In this document: positions 9,231 to 17,633 of the stretch, one piece after another | Layout: every line of letters starts with the position of its first letter | How positions within the stretch are numbered: position 1 is the stretch's first letter | Assembly (NCBI GenBank): GCA_964618805.1 | Contig: CAZUBM010000024.1 | Coordinates: forward strand, 1-24,173 | Direction: 5' to 3' | DNA length: 24,173 nucleotides | Source of the DNA: an uncultured Nitrososphaerota archaeon | Lineage (GTDB): Archaea > Korarchaeota > Korarchaeia > Korarchaeales > Korarchaeaceae | Program-made: the position numbers and the translations under genes | The notes under the pieces: generated by a model | Database searches by the model: none | Told to the model about the DNA's origin: nothing | Seen by the model: only the letters and a program-made list of their open reading frames with translations

Positions 9231-9863
9231 TTGACCTTTGAGTTTAAAACCATAAAGGAAGCTGAAGAGGCCCTTAAAAAGGTAGAGGAGGATCTTATTG
9301 CAGGAAAAATAACAGAGGAAGAATACAAAAATCAGAAGAGAAAGATAGAGGCTTGTATTTCTCTTCTCGAGCTTGAAGACATGCTTATTGAGGGGAAAAT
9401 TACCGAAGATGAATATAAGCAAAAAAGAGCGGAGTATCAGGCCATAATTTCTGGAGAGGTTGTTCCTGAAGAGGAGATAGCCCCACTAGCCCAGGAAGTG
9501 AGAGAGATCGTTTCAAAAATCAAGGAGATAAAGGGGAAAAGGGAGAAATTAAGAGATCTTCTGGTGAATAAGGAGATAAGCGAGAAGACATTCAATAAAC
9601 TCGATTCAGAGTACGAAGAAAAGGAGAAGGACTTAACCAGTAAGTTATCTGAGAAGAAAGAAGATCTTGAAAGTAGGATCTCCGAGATAGAAGAGGAACT
9701 TGAGGAGGTTAGGCTTCAGTTAGAGGAACTCAGGGCTAGACTTGCACTTGAAGAGATAAGCAGCTCTGAGTACGATGCTAAAAGGAGGTTTCTTGAGAAA
9801 AGGGAGAAAACACTGTCAAGCGAGATAATATCACTGAAGGGGGCTCTAGAGTTACTTGAGTGA
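9231..9863 (+). CDS. Coiled-coil protein with SHOCT-like motifs / CdvA-like coiled-coil domain
   Basis: Four L-x2-[GKE]-[KE]-I-[TS]-x3-[YF] motifs (LIAGKITEEEY, LIEGKITEDEY, LVNKEISEKTF, LALEEISSSEY) joined by heptad-rich helices. Likely start is TTG 9231 with GGTGA RBS at 9219-9223 (ORF track start 9162). Family assignment is by recognition only. Confidence 0.7.
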   Translation: MTFEFKTIKEAEEALKKVEEDLIAGKITEEEYKNQKRKIEACISLLELEDMLIEGKITEDEYKQKRAEYQAIISGEVVPEEEIAPLAQEVREIVSKIKEIKGKREKLRDLLVNKEISEKTFNKLDSEYEEKEKDLTSKLSEKKEDLESRISEIEEELEEVRLQLEELRARLALEEISSSEYDAKRRFLEKREKTLSSEIISLKGALELLE

Positions 9864-10181
9864 TCGTCCCCTCTTTCCTTGCTGTCTGACCAATCTGTCT
9901 ACCTTAATTAGAAGTTTCATCCTACTTCATATATTTGTGTAGCACGATAATTTGCAGTCTCTTATATTTGTAATGCATGAATTCGCGTTTGAAGGATTAA
10001 GAGAAATAGAGGATAAAGGTATACATCTCTAATTTGTGAAATCGATTAGATCATTAGCCCTTCCCAATAATACTAAAAGAAGTAGGAATCGCAATGGTTC
10101 TTACTTTATTGGAAATTATTATTATGGTGAGTGCTAGGATCAATACCAATGCCCATTCTAAAATTGTAGAAGGCGAATTTA

Positions 10182-10859
10182 ATGCAAGATAGCTTGATAA
10201 AAACAAGAATTCTTCCTGCTACAATTTTACTACTAATAGGAGTTCTAATTGAGTTTATTGAGTATAAAATAAGGCACAGCAGAGGTAGAAAGGTTTCGAT
10301 AGATCTGATTCCGGGTTGGCTTGCAAAACTCGAGGGAAAAATCCTTTTAAGGCTAAATAAATTGCTTGAAGAACCATATTTCGGTAGATACCTCAAAATA
10401 ACCTCAATTTTAGGAGAAGAAATGACGATCATAGGGCTAAGCGCTATAATGTGCGTTCTTGGAGCAATACGTCAAGGAATCCTTCTTTTCTCCTCTTTTA
10501 TATGTGGAACCGCCATTGTTCTTCCATTGAAGGTATTAATTTCTAGGCCAAGGCCTTACCAAACACATAGCTCTGTGAGACGCTTAGCTGACGAGATAGG
10601 GGCCGGATTTCCAAGCGGTCACTCTATGAACGCTTTCATAATAGCTAGAATAATGACTAGTTTTTATCCCGTGCTAGGGCTTGTGCTATATCCAATAGCA
10701 GTTTCAACAGCGATAAGTAGAGTATATTTGGGACTCCATTACCCAACAGACGTGATGTTTGGCTCGCTTATAGGATGGACTATTGCTGGCGAAGCAGTAC
10801 ATCATCAGGAGCTGGTCATCTCCGTCGTCTATTTCTTGATTAAATACATTATGAGATGA
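10182..10859 (+). CDS. PAP2 family membrane phosphatase (lipid/polyprenyl-pyrophosphate phosphatase-like)
   Basis: Three PAP2 motifs KVLISRPRP, FPSGH and SRVYLGLHYPTD, plus several hydrophobic segments. Confidence 0.9.
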   Translation: MQDSLIKTRILPATILLLIGVLIEFIEYKIRHSRGRKVSIDLIPGWLAKLEGKILLRLNKLLEEPYFGRYLKITSILGEEMTIIGLSAIMCVLGAIRQGILLFSSFICGTAIVLPLKVLISRPRPYQTHSSVRRLADEIGAGFPSGHSMNAFIIARIMTSFYPVLGLVLYPIAVSTAISRVYLGLHYPTDVMFGSLIGWTIAGEAVHHQELVISVVYFLIKYIMR

Positions 10860-10862
10860 TTT

Positions 10863-10893
10863 CCTCTCATTTTTATGATAGAAAAATGAGAGG
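10863..10893. repeat. Inverted repeat, 12-bp perfect arms with 7-nt loop, right after the PAP2 stop (possible terminator or operator)
   Basis: CCTCTCATTTTT-atgatag-AAAAATGAGAGG read directly from the sequence. Confidence 0.85.
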
Positions 10894-10901
10894 TTAATCG
10901 T

Positions 10902-10927
10902 TGAGCCTAAAAAGCTTTTTAGGCTCA
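10902..10927. repeat. Perfect 26-bp palindrome
   Basis: TGAGCCTAAAAAGCTTTTTAGGCTCA equals its own reverse complement. Confidence 0.95.
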
Positions 10928-10971
10928 TTCTCTAAGTCCTTTCATTACAGAAAGCAAAAATGAGGTTATAT

Positions 10972-10993
10972 TCCTTAAACCCGGGTTTAAGGA
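10972..10993. repeat. Perfect 22-bp palindrome
   Basis: TCCTTAAACCCGGGTTTAAGGA equals its own reverse complement. Confidence 0.95.
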
Positions 10994-11150
10994 TGCTATT
11001 TCATATAAATTCCCAATAGCTAAATATAATGTAATCTTATTCTATGATATAAAGAAATATCTTTGAAAATAAACGAAAAGATCACCTACGGTCATTTCCA
11101 GTGTAATGGCGTTATTTCTCATTAGGTGACTTTATAAGAAGAGGCCCGCG

Positions 11151-11164
11151 TCCTCCTAGGAGGA
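11151..11164. repeat. Perfect 14-bp palindrome containing a GGAGG RBS-like arm
   Basis: TCCTCCTAGGAGGA equals its own reverse complement. Confidence 0.8.
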
Positions 11165-11352
11165 GAGTGAAAACAAATGGATCAATCTTACAGAGACGTT
11201 CGAGAGTCTCTGAGCACGATCAGTTGCACTCTCAGGATTATACCTCATATAATATTTCAGCAGGCCTTACATGCCCAGAAGATGTTGGCTTCTCTTGCCT
11301 GGAAGTCCGTTCCTATAGTGTAAATATTTTTAACTAAGAGAGAGGGAGGGGA

Positions 11353-11634
11353 TTGAAGAGCGAGATGCCAGTTGGTAGCAAGCTTCTACCTAGCCAGAAA
11401 ATCAAGGTTTCAAGAGGAAAAGTCCATATCATAGAAGAAAGATGCAAAGGGTGCGGTCTGTGCATTGATTTCTGTCCCAGACAAGTTCTTCGTAGATCTA
11501 ACCATGTGAATGAGAAAGGATACCACGTTGCGGAATTTGTTGAAGAGCCTGAAGAAGGAAAAATCTGTGTTGCCTGCGGCTTTTGTCAAGTTATTTGTCC
11601 AGAATATGCTATCTGGGTGGAGAAAGTTGAATAA
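11353..11634 (+). CDS. korD: 2-oxoacid:ferredoxin oxidoreductase delta subunit (2x[4Fe-4S] ferredoxin-like)
   Basis: CKGCGLCIDFCP and CVACGFCQVICP motifs, NEKGYH; first gene before korA. TTG start with GGAGGGGA RBS; alternative ATG at 11365. Confidence 0.9.
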   Translation: MKSEMPVGSKLLPSQKIKVSRGKVHIIEERCKGCGLCIDFCPRQVLRRSNHVNEKGYHVAEFVEEPEEGKICVACGFCQVICPEYAIWVEKVE

Positions 11635-11657
11635 CTTTTTCGATTGGGGGGATACAA

Positions 11658-12809
11658 TTGGGAAAGGCTGTTCTGACTGGAAAGCACTTTTGGTACGGTA
11701 ATATTGCAATAGCTGAGGGTGCTATAGCTGCAGGCTGTCGATTTTTCGCAGGATATCCAATAACCCCTGCCAGCGAGATTGCAGAACATATTTCCAGAAG
11801 ATTTCCAGAAGTTGGTGGAATATTCGTTCAATTTGAGGATGAACTCGCTTCTATGGCAGCAATCTTAGGAGCCTCTTGGGCGGGGGTTAAGTCTATGACT
11901 GCAACTTCGGGTCCAGGCTTCAGCCTTATGATGGAGAACATAGGGCTTGGTGTAATGATGGAAGTTCCGGTAGTCGTTGTGGACGTCCAGCGAGGCGCTC
12001 CAAGCACAGGTCTTCCAACACTTACGGCTCAGGGAGATGTTATGCAAGCAAAATGGGGAAGTCATGGACAGTACGAGATAATTGCACTTTCACCTGAGTC
12101 CCCACAAGAAGCTTTTGACCTTACAATACGTTGCTTTAACCTTGCTGAGAAGTATCGAGTTCCTGTCATCTTACTTGCAAGCGAATCTGTTTGTCATAGT
12201 GCTGGAAAGGTAGTGGTCCCGCCCGAGGAGGAAATAGAACTTGTATACAGGAAAAAACCTAGGGTTCCTCCTGAGGAGTATTTGCCATATAAGCCTGATG
12301 AAGACTTAATTCCTCCGATGGCATGTGCAGGAGAGGGGTACTCGATTAAGACAACAGGTCTTACACACGACGAGAAAGGCTATCCGGATACATCTCCCGA
12401 AGCTCAAGAGAAGCTTGTGAGACGACTGAATGACAAAATTAGAGTGCATAGAGAGGAAATTGTTGATGTAGAAGAGGATTTCATGGACGATGCTGAAATT
12501 GCTGTTGTCTCATACGGCCAAGTCTCCCGTCCAGCAAAGAGGGCAGTTAAGATGGCAAGAGAAGAAGGAATCAAAGCTGGTAGCATAAGATTAATCACTG
12601 TCTGGCCTTTCGCAGAACACATCATTAGGAAGTGGGCAAAGCAGGTTGATTACTTCATAGTTCCTGAGTTAAACTACGGCCAGATCTACTTAGAAGTAAA
12701 AAGAGAAGCTTGTGGGAATGCTGAAACCATACTAGTAGCAAGAATGGGGGGTAGGCTGATTACACCTGATGAGATCTATAGAGAGATCAAGAAGGTTAGT
12801 GGGAGGTGA
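11658..12809 (+). CDS. korA: 2-oxoacid:ferredoxin oxidoreductase alpha subunit (KorA type)
   Basis: FFAGYPITP, QFEDELAS, TATSGPG, DVQRGAPSTGLPT, QAKWGSHG, VPELNYGQ. Confidence 0.93.
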   Translation: MGKAVLTGKHFWYGNIAIAEGAIAAGCRFFAGYPITPASEIAEHISRRFPEVGGIFVQFEDELASMAAILGASWAGVKSMTATSGPGFSLMMENIGLGVMMEVPVVVVDVQRGAPSTGLPTLTAQGDVMQAKWGSHGQYEIIALSPESPQEAFDLTIRCFNLAEKYRVPVILLASESVCHSAGKVVVPPEEEIELVYRKKPRVPPEEYLPYKPDEDLIPPMACAGEGYSIKTTGLTHDEKGYPDTSPEAQEKLVRRLNDKIRVHREEIVDVEEDFMDDAEIAVVSYGQVSRPAKRAVKMAREEGIKAGSIRLITVWPFAEHIIRKWAKQVDYFIVPELNYGQIYLEVKREACGNAETILVARMGGRLITPDEIYREIKKVSGR

Positions 12810-12816
12810 AAAATGA

Positions 12817-13656
12817 ATGAAAGAAGCTTATGAGTTGCTACATCCGATAGATAGGTGGCTTAGAACCGAGCGGATGCCTCACATCTGGTGTCCTGGATGC
12901 GGCATAGGTGCCACGATACATGCTTGGGTAAGAGCTCTTGAGAGGGTTGGAATAGAGAAAGACAAAGTAGTTTACGTTTCAGGCATAGGATGTTGCGGCA
13001 GAGGTTCTGGCTATTTGGACGTAGATGGATTTCACACAACCCATGGGAGGGCCATCCCCTTTGCAGTTGGGTTAAAGCTAGCTAAGCCAGAGCTTTGCGT
13101 AACAGTAATATCTGGAGATGGAGATCTCTTTGCAATTGGTGGGAATCATTTCATTCATGCTTGCAGGAGGAACAATGACCTGCTAGTTATCTGTGTTAAT
13201 AACTTCATTTATGGGATGACCGGAGGCCAGCTTGCACCTACCACCCCCCATGGGGGCTATTCTACTACCAGCCCATATGGGAACATTGAGCACCCGTTTA
13301 ACACACCTCACTTAGCTGATGCAGCAGGAGCTGTGTATGTAGCGAGATGGACAAGTGTCCATGTTAGAGAACTCGAGATGTCAATAGCTGAAGCTCTAAG
13401 GATGAAAGGATTTAGGTATATCGAGGTTCTTTCTCCCTGTCCGGTGAATTTTGGAAGAAGGAACAACTTCCCCGAGCCAGATGATATGGCAAAGTGGTTC
13501 GCTAAATCGTCAATCATCAGACATGGAGCAAATACAAGCGAGGTAGCGATTGAGATAGGGAAACCCATTATTCTAGGGAATTTTGTTAAGAGAGAAGAGA
13601 AACCCACATATTATGAGTTGTTAAAGAAACTGGAGGAGATGAGGCGGGGAAGATGA
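12817..13656 (+). CDS. korB: 2-oxoacid:ferredoxin oxidoreductase beta subunit (TPP-binding)
   Basis: PHIWCPGCG, SGIGC, HTTHGRA, GDGD...NN TPP motif, YGMTGGQ, SPCP. Confidence 0.93.
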   Translation: MKEAYELLHPIDRWLRTERMPHIWCPGCGIGATIHAWVRALERVGIEKDKVVYVSGIGCCGRGSGYLDVDGFHTTHGRAIPFAVGLKLAKPELCVTVISGDGDLFAIGGNHFIHACRRNNDLLVICVNNFIYGMTGGQLAPTTPHGGYSTTSPYGNIEHPFNTPHLADAAGAVYVARWTSVHVRELEMSIAEALRMKGFRYIEVLSPCPVNFGRRNNFPEPDDMAKWFAKSSIIRHGANTSEVAIEIGKPIILGNFVKREEKPTYYELLKKLEEMRRGR

Positions 13657-14225
13657 GGGCCAGAAGGGAAGTTATGTTTGCAGGATTTGGCGGGCAAGGA
13701 ATTATAACGGCTGGCTATATTGTGGGTAGAGCTGCTGCTGTTTACGATGACAAGGAGGCTACCTTGACTCAAGCCTATGGGCCAGAGGCCAGAGGATCTA
13801 CCTGCTATAGTGGTGTAGTGATAGATGAGGAGGAGATAGATTATCCTTACCTCCTTAATCCAGAGGTTATGGTTATAATGAGCAAAGACGCGTACGAGAA
13901 ATTCTTGCCTAGACTTAGAAAAGGAGGTATTCTTATCGTTGATAGCTCGATAGTTAAGCCTGATGAGCGGACAAGGGATTATGTGGTTTATGAAGTGCCG
14001 GCCACGGAAGTTGCTGAAAGACTTGGAGCCAGAATTGTGGCAAATGTTATCATGTTAGGCTTCTTAGGAAAGGTCTGGGATGCTGTAAGCGTTGAAGCTT
14101 TAAGGGAATCAGTAAAGACAACGGTTCCTAGAAAGTACCTAGAACTAAACCTTAGAGCATTTGAAAAGGGGGTTGAGCTAGGAGAGAAGGCCCTTAAAGA
14201 GAGAGCTGAGATGGTGACCGGTTAA
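13653..14225 (+). CDS. korC: 2-oxoacid:ferredoxin oxidoreductase gamma subunit
   Basis: FAGFGGQG, QAYGPEARG, ANVIMLG, NLRAFEKG; ATGA overlap with korB. Confidence 0.92.
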   Translation: MRARREVMFAGFGGQGIITAGYIVGRAAAVYDDKEATLTQAYGPEARGSTCYSGVVIDEEEIDYPYLLNPEVMVIMSKDAYEKFLPRLRKGGILIVDSSIVKPDERTRDYVVYEVPATEVAERLGARIVANVIMLGFLGKVWDAVSVEALRESVKTTVPRKYLELNLRAFEKGVELGEKALKERAEMVTG

Positions 14226-16229
14226 ATGGAGGTAGTGCCGGTGTCCCATTCGAATGCTAGCGATAGAGGTTATGAAAAGGAAAGAATAGGTGTATTTGTT
14301 TGTCACTGTGGCAGAAATATCGCTGCGACCGTTGACGTCAAAGAAGTTGTTAAAAGGATCTCTAAACACCCAGCAGTAGTTCATGCAGAGGACTATGAAT
14401 ACATGTGCAGCAGACCTGGCCAAGAACTCATAGAAAAGGCTATTGAGGAGAAGCGATTGACTGGAGTAGTTGTGGCAGCTTGCTCACCCTCGATACACGA
14501 AACAACTTTTAGAGAAGTTGTAGAGCGTGCTGGCCTCAACCCTTACAAGTGTGAGATGGCAAACATTCGAGAACAGTGTAGTTGGGTTCATGAAGAGGTA
14601 GATAAAGCTACAGAAAAGGCAGTAAGGCTGATCAGAGGGGTCATCGAGAAAGTTATCAGGAACGAAGAACTTGAGCCAATCGAAGTAGGCCTTCACAAGA
14701 AGGCACTTGTGATAGGCGGAGGAATTGCTGGAATAAGAGCTGCTCTTGATATCGCGAATGCTGGCTTTCAGGTAATTTTAGTGGAGAAGAAACCGACAAT
14801 CGGGGGACACATGGCCCAGTTGGCTGAGACATTTCCGACACTTGACTGCGCCCAGTGCATTTTGACCCCCCTTATGAGCGAAGTTGCTAATCACCCGAAC
14901 ATCAGGCTTCTAACCCTCTCAGAAGTTGTGGATGTCGAGGGGTACGTAGGCAACTTTCACGTCCGCATTAAGAAGAACCCGAGATACGTGGATCCAGATA
15001 AATGCAATCTTTGTGACAATTGTACAGAAGTCTGCCCTGTAGTTGTGCCTTCGGAGTTTGATGAAGGACTAAGCCTTAGAAAGGCCATTTATATACCCTT
15101 CCCGCAAGCCGTTCCTTCTTCTTATGTGATAGATCCTGATGCTTGTCTTGGAATGAACCCAATTATCTGTGGTAAGTGTGCAGAACCGGATGTCTGTGGC
15201 CCAGGAGCCATCAACTTCTACGATCAGCCAGAGATCATAGAGGAGGATGTAGGAGTTATAATTGTTGCGACAGGATACGAGCTTTACAATCCAGAAAATC
15301 TCAGCGAGTATGGCGCCGATAAATATCCTGACATCATAACTTCCCTCCAGTTCGAGCGCCTGCTATCGCCTAATGGTCCAACAGGGGGAATTCCTAAGAG
15401 GCCTAGCGACGAGAAGATCCCTAAGAAGATAGCTTTCATTCACTGTGCTGGTTCAAGAGATGAGAAGCACATACCTTACTGTAGTAATATCTGCTGCACC
15501 TATTGCTCCAAACACGGCCTTCTGTTCAAGGAGCTGGTACCTGATGCTGAAGTTTATTCCTTTTACATTGATATAAGGGCTGTTGGAAAGAATTACGAAG
15601 ATTTCGTTAAGAGGGCCCAAGAAGAAGCTGGGATTCAGTTTATCAGAGGAAAAGTCTCTAGAATTTATGAAGAAGATGGAAAAGTGAAGATCTTCGCTGT
15701 AGACACTTTGCTAAATAGAAGAATAGAAATGGATGTCGACATGGCAGTTTTAGCCTTACCAATAGTTCCAGCTAATGGCATTGCAGATTTGGCTAGCAAG
15801 ATGCGAATTCAGATCGATAACTATGGATTCCTTCAGGAACTTCATCCAAAACTTCATCCTGTAGAATCAGCAACTCCAGGCATCTTCTTGGCTGGTGCAG
15901 CTCAGTCTCCAAAGGACATACAGGATACTGTTGCTCAGGCTAGCGCAGCTGCAAGCAAGGCGCTCGAAATCCTTACACAGGAAAAAATAAGCCATACACC
16001 AACTGTTGCTGTCATAGATAGAGACATATGTAGTGGATGTCGCCTCTGCATTTCTGTCTGTCCATATGGGGCCATAGAGCTAGTAGATGGAAGGGCTGAA
16101 GTCAATGAGATAATATGTGAAGGGTGTGGGGCATGCGTTTCCACATGTCCATCAGGTGCCATACGCTTGAGGAACTTCACCGATGAACAGCTTGATTCCA
16201 TGATTGAAGCCGTTGCTGGAGGGACATAA
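14226..16229 (+). CDS. hdrA: Heterodisulfide reductase flavoprotein subunit A
   Basis: IGVFVCHCG, AACSP, ANIREQCSWVH, FAD motif GGGIAG, TFPTLDCAQC, inserted ferredoxin domain, HCAGSRD..YCSNICC, and a C-terminal 2x[4Fe-4S] domain. Start is ATG 14226 or GTG 14241 (GGAGGT RBS). Confidence 0.96.
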   Translation: MEVVPVSHSNASDRGYEKERIGVFVCHCGRNIAATVDVKEVVKRISKHPAVVHAEDYEYMCSRPGQELIEKAIEEKRLTGVVVAACSPSIHETTFREVVERAGLNPYKCEMANIREQCSWVHEEVDKATEKAVRLIRGVIEKVIRNEELEPIEVGLHKKALVIGGGIAGIRAALDIANAGFQVILVEKKPTIGGHMAQLAETFPTLDCAQCILTPLMSEVANHPNIRLLTLSEVVDVEGYVGNFHVRIKKNPRYVDPDKCNLCDNCTEVCPVVVPSEFDEGLSLRKAIYIPFPQAVPSSYVIDPDACLGMNPIICGKCAEPDVCGPGAINFYDQPEIIEEDVGVIIVATGYELYNPENLSEYGADKYPDIITSLQFERLLSPNGPTGGIPKRPSDEKIPKKIAFIHCAGSRDEKHIPYCSNICCTYCSKHGLLFKELVPDAEVYSFYIDIRAVGKNYEDFVKRAQEEAGIQFIRGKVSRIYEEDGKVKIFAVDTLLNRRIEMDVDMAVLALPIVPANGIADLASKMRIQIDNYGFLQELHPKLHPVESATPGIFLAGAAQSPKDIQDTVAQASAAASKALEILTQEKISHTPTVAVIDRDICSGCRLCISVCPYGAIELVDGRAEVNEIICEGCGACVSTCPSGAIRLRNFTDEQLDSMIEAVAGGT

Positions 16230-16230
16230 G

Positions 16231-16644
16231 ATGAGTGGAGAGTATAAGCCTAGGATTATCGCATTCCTTTGTAGATGGTGCGGTTACGCTGGGGCAGATA
16301 TGGCGGGAACTTCTCGCCTAAAGTATCCCCCCTCTATCATACCAATTAGAGTTCCTTGTACCGGAAGGATCGATATGGAACAAGTTCTAAAGGCACTAAA
16401 GAGATCTGATGGTGTTCTCATCGCAGGTTGTCACACTCCGGGGGATTGCCACTATGTTCGCGGTAATTTCCAATGCTTTAAGCGAGTTACTCTTCTTAAG
16501 AAGTTTCTAAGGCAAATGGGAATAAATCCAGCAAGAGTTAGGTTAGAATGGATCTCCGCAACTGAAGGAAGGAAGTTCGCCAGAGTAGTAAGAGAATTCA
16601 CTAAAGAATTGGAGGAGCTAGGTCCGTTGAGGGGAGTGGAATGA
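16231..16644 (+). CDS. mvhD: F420-non-reducing hydrogenase iron-sulfur subunit D ([2Fe-2S])
   Basis: FLCRWCGYAGADMAG, RVPCTGR, AGCH.PGDCHY..GN, WISATEG. ATG 16231 lies 1 nt after the hdrA stop. Confidence 0.95.
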   Translation: MSGEYKPRIIAFLCRWCGYAGADMAGTSRLKYPPSIIPIRVPCTGRIDMEQVLKALKRSDGVLIAGCHTPGDCHYVRGNFQCFKRVTLLKKFLRQMGINPARVRLEWISATEGRKFARVVREFTKELEELGPLRGVE

Positions 16645-17633
16645 AGATAAAGTTGGCTGTTGGTTACGGCTCGATTTGCGGAGGATGCGATGTTGCATTT
16701 ATCGATCTGGGTGAAAAGTTAATAGACCTAACAGAACTGGTAGACATAGTCTTTTGGCCGGCTCTAGTGGATACCAAAGAAGAAGACCTGAGGAAGCTTA
16801 AGGAAATAGATGTAGGCATGTTCTTTGGTGCAATACGTACCGATAAGCATAAGGCTACCCTTGAACTCCTTAGGGAGAAAGCTCGCTTGCTCGTAGCATT
16901 TGGAACCTGTGCATGCTATGGTGGAGTTCTTGGGCTTGCAAATGCTGCTAGGAGCATGGATTTACTTAAAACCGGATATGTAATAACAAAGAGCACAGAA
17001 AACCCGAAACAAATCCTTCCAGGCTTAGAAAAATTAGAGGGAATACCTATAAGCATTCCAAAGATTAGGAGCTTGGTATCCCCAATTAGCGATTTTGTAG
17101 ATGTTGATATATGGGTGCCTGGTTGTCCGCCGCCTGTTGATTCCATCATTAAACTGTTAGACGTCTTAAAAGACTATCAGCGCGGTCACTTGCCACCAAA
17201 GGGGCTGTTCATTGCTGAGGACAGGAGTTTATGTGAATTTTGTGATCGAGAGAAGCCAGAGGTGTTACAAATAGAGAAGTTTAGAAGAGTTCATGAGGGC
17301 AAGATTGACGAAAAAGAATGCCTATTGAAACAGGGGATCCTTTGCCTTGGACCAGTAACAAGAGGGGGCTGCGGAGCGAGATGCATCAAAGCTAATATGC
17401 CATGTAGAGGATGCTTTGGACCTGTTCCAAATGTAGAAGATCAGGGAACTAAATTCATCACGGCTGTAGCGGCCGCATTAAAGGCGGGAGAGGAAAGGGA
17501 AGTTGGTGAGGAGGAGTTGAAAAAACTTATCGAGGAGATTCATGACCCTCTAGGGCTCTTCTACATGTTCTCTCTTGCCGCCTCCATAATAAACAGGAAA
17601 TATTTGGATTTGGGAGGAGATGAAGATGAGTAG
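16641..17633 (+). CDS. mvhG: Group 3c [NiFe]-hydrogenase small subunit
   Basis: CGGCD, FGTCACYGG, PGCPP, SLCEFC, CLL..G.LCLGPVTRGGCGARC...NMPCRGCFG. Confidence 0.93.
   Translation: MKIKLAVGYGSICGGCDVAFIDLGEKLIDLTELVDIVFWPALVDTKEEDLRKLKEIDVGMFFGAIRTDKHKATLELLREKARLLVAFGTCACYGGVLGLANAARSMDLLKTGYVITKSTENPKQILPGLEKLEGIPISIPKIRSLVSPISDFVDVDIWVPGCPPPVDSIIKLLDVLKDYQRGHLPPKGLFIAEDRSLCEFCDREKPEVLQIEKFRRVHEGKIDEKECLLKQGILCLGPVTRGGCGARCIKANMPCRGCFGPVPNVEDQGTKFITAVAAALKAGEEREVGEEELKKLIEEIHDPLGLFYMFSLAASIINRKYLDLGGDEDE

Noticed and set aside
9864-10181. ~320-bp intergenic stretch with weak inverted repeats (TCCTACTTC/GAAGTAGGA, CCAATAA/TTATTGG)
   Set aside because: No target-site duplication, transposase remnant or RNA motif to support a MITE or ncRNA.
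11095-11106. TTTCCAGTGTAA resembles an archaeal ORB core (TTCCAGTGGAAA)
   Set aside because: Single imperfect copy, no G-string and no cdc6/orc1 gene nearby, so not enough for an origin call.
10860-11340. Palindrome cluster as a degenerate CRISPR array or tRNA
   Set aside because: The palindromes differ from each other, spacing is irregular, there are no cas genes, and no cloverleaf or T-loop motif is present.
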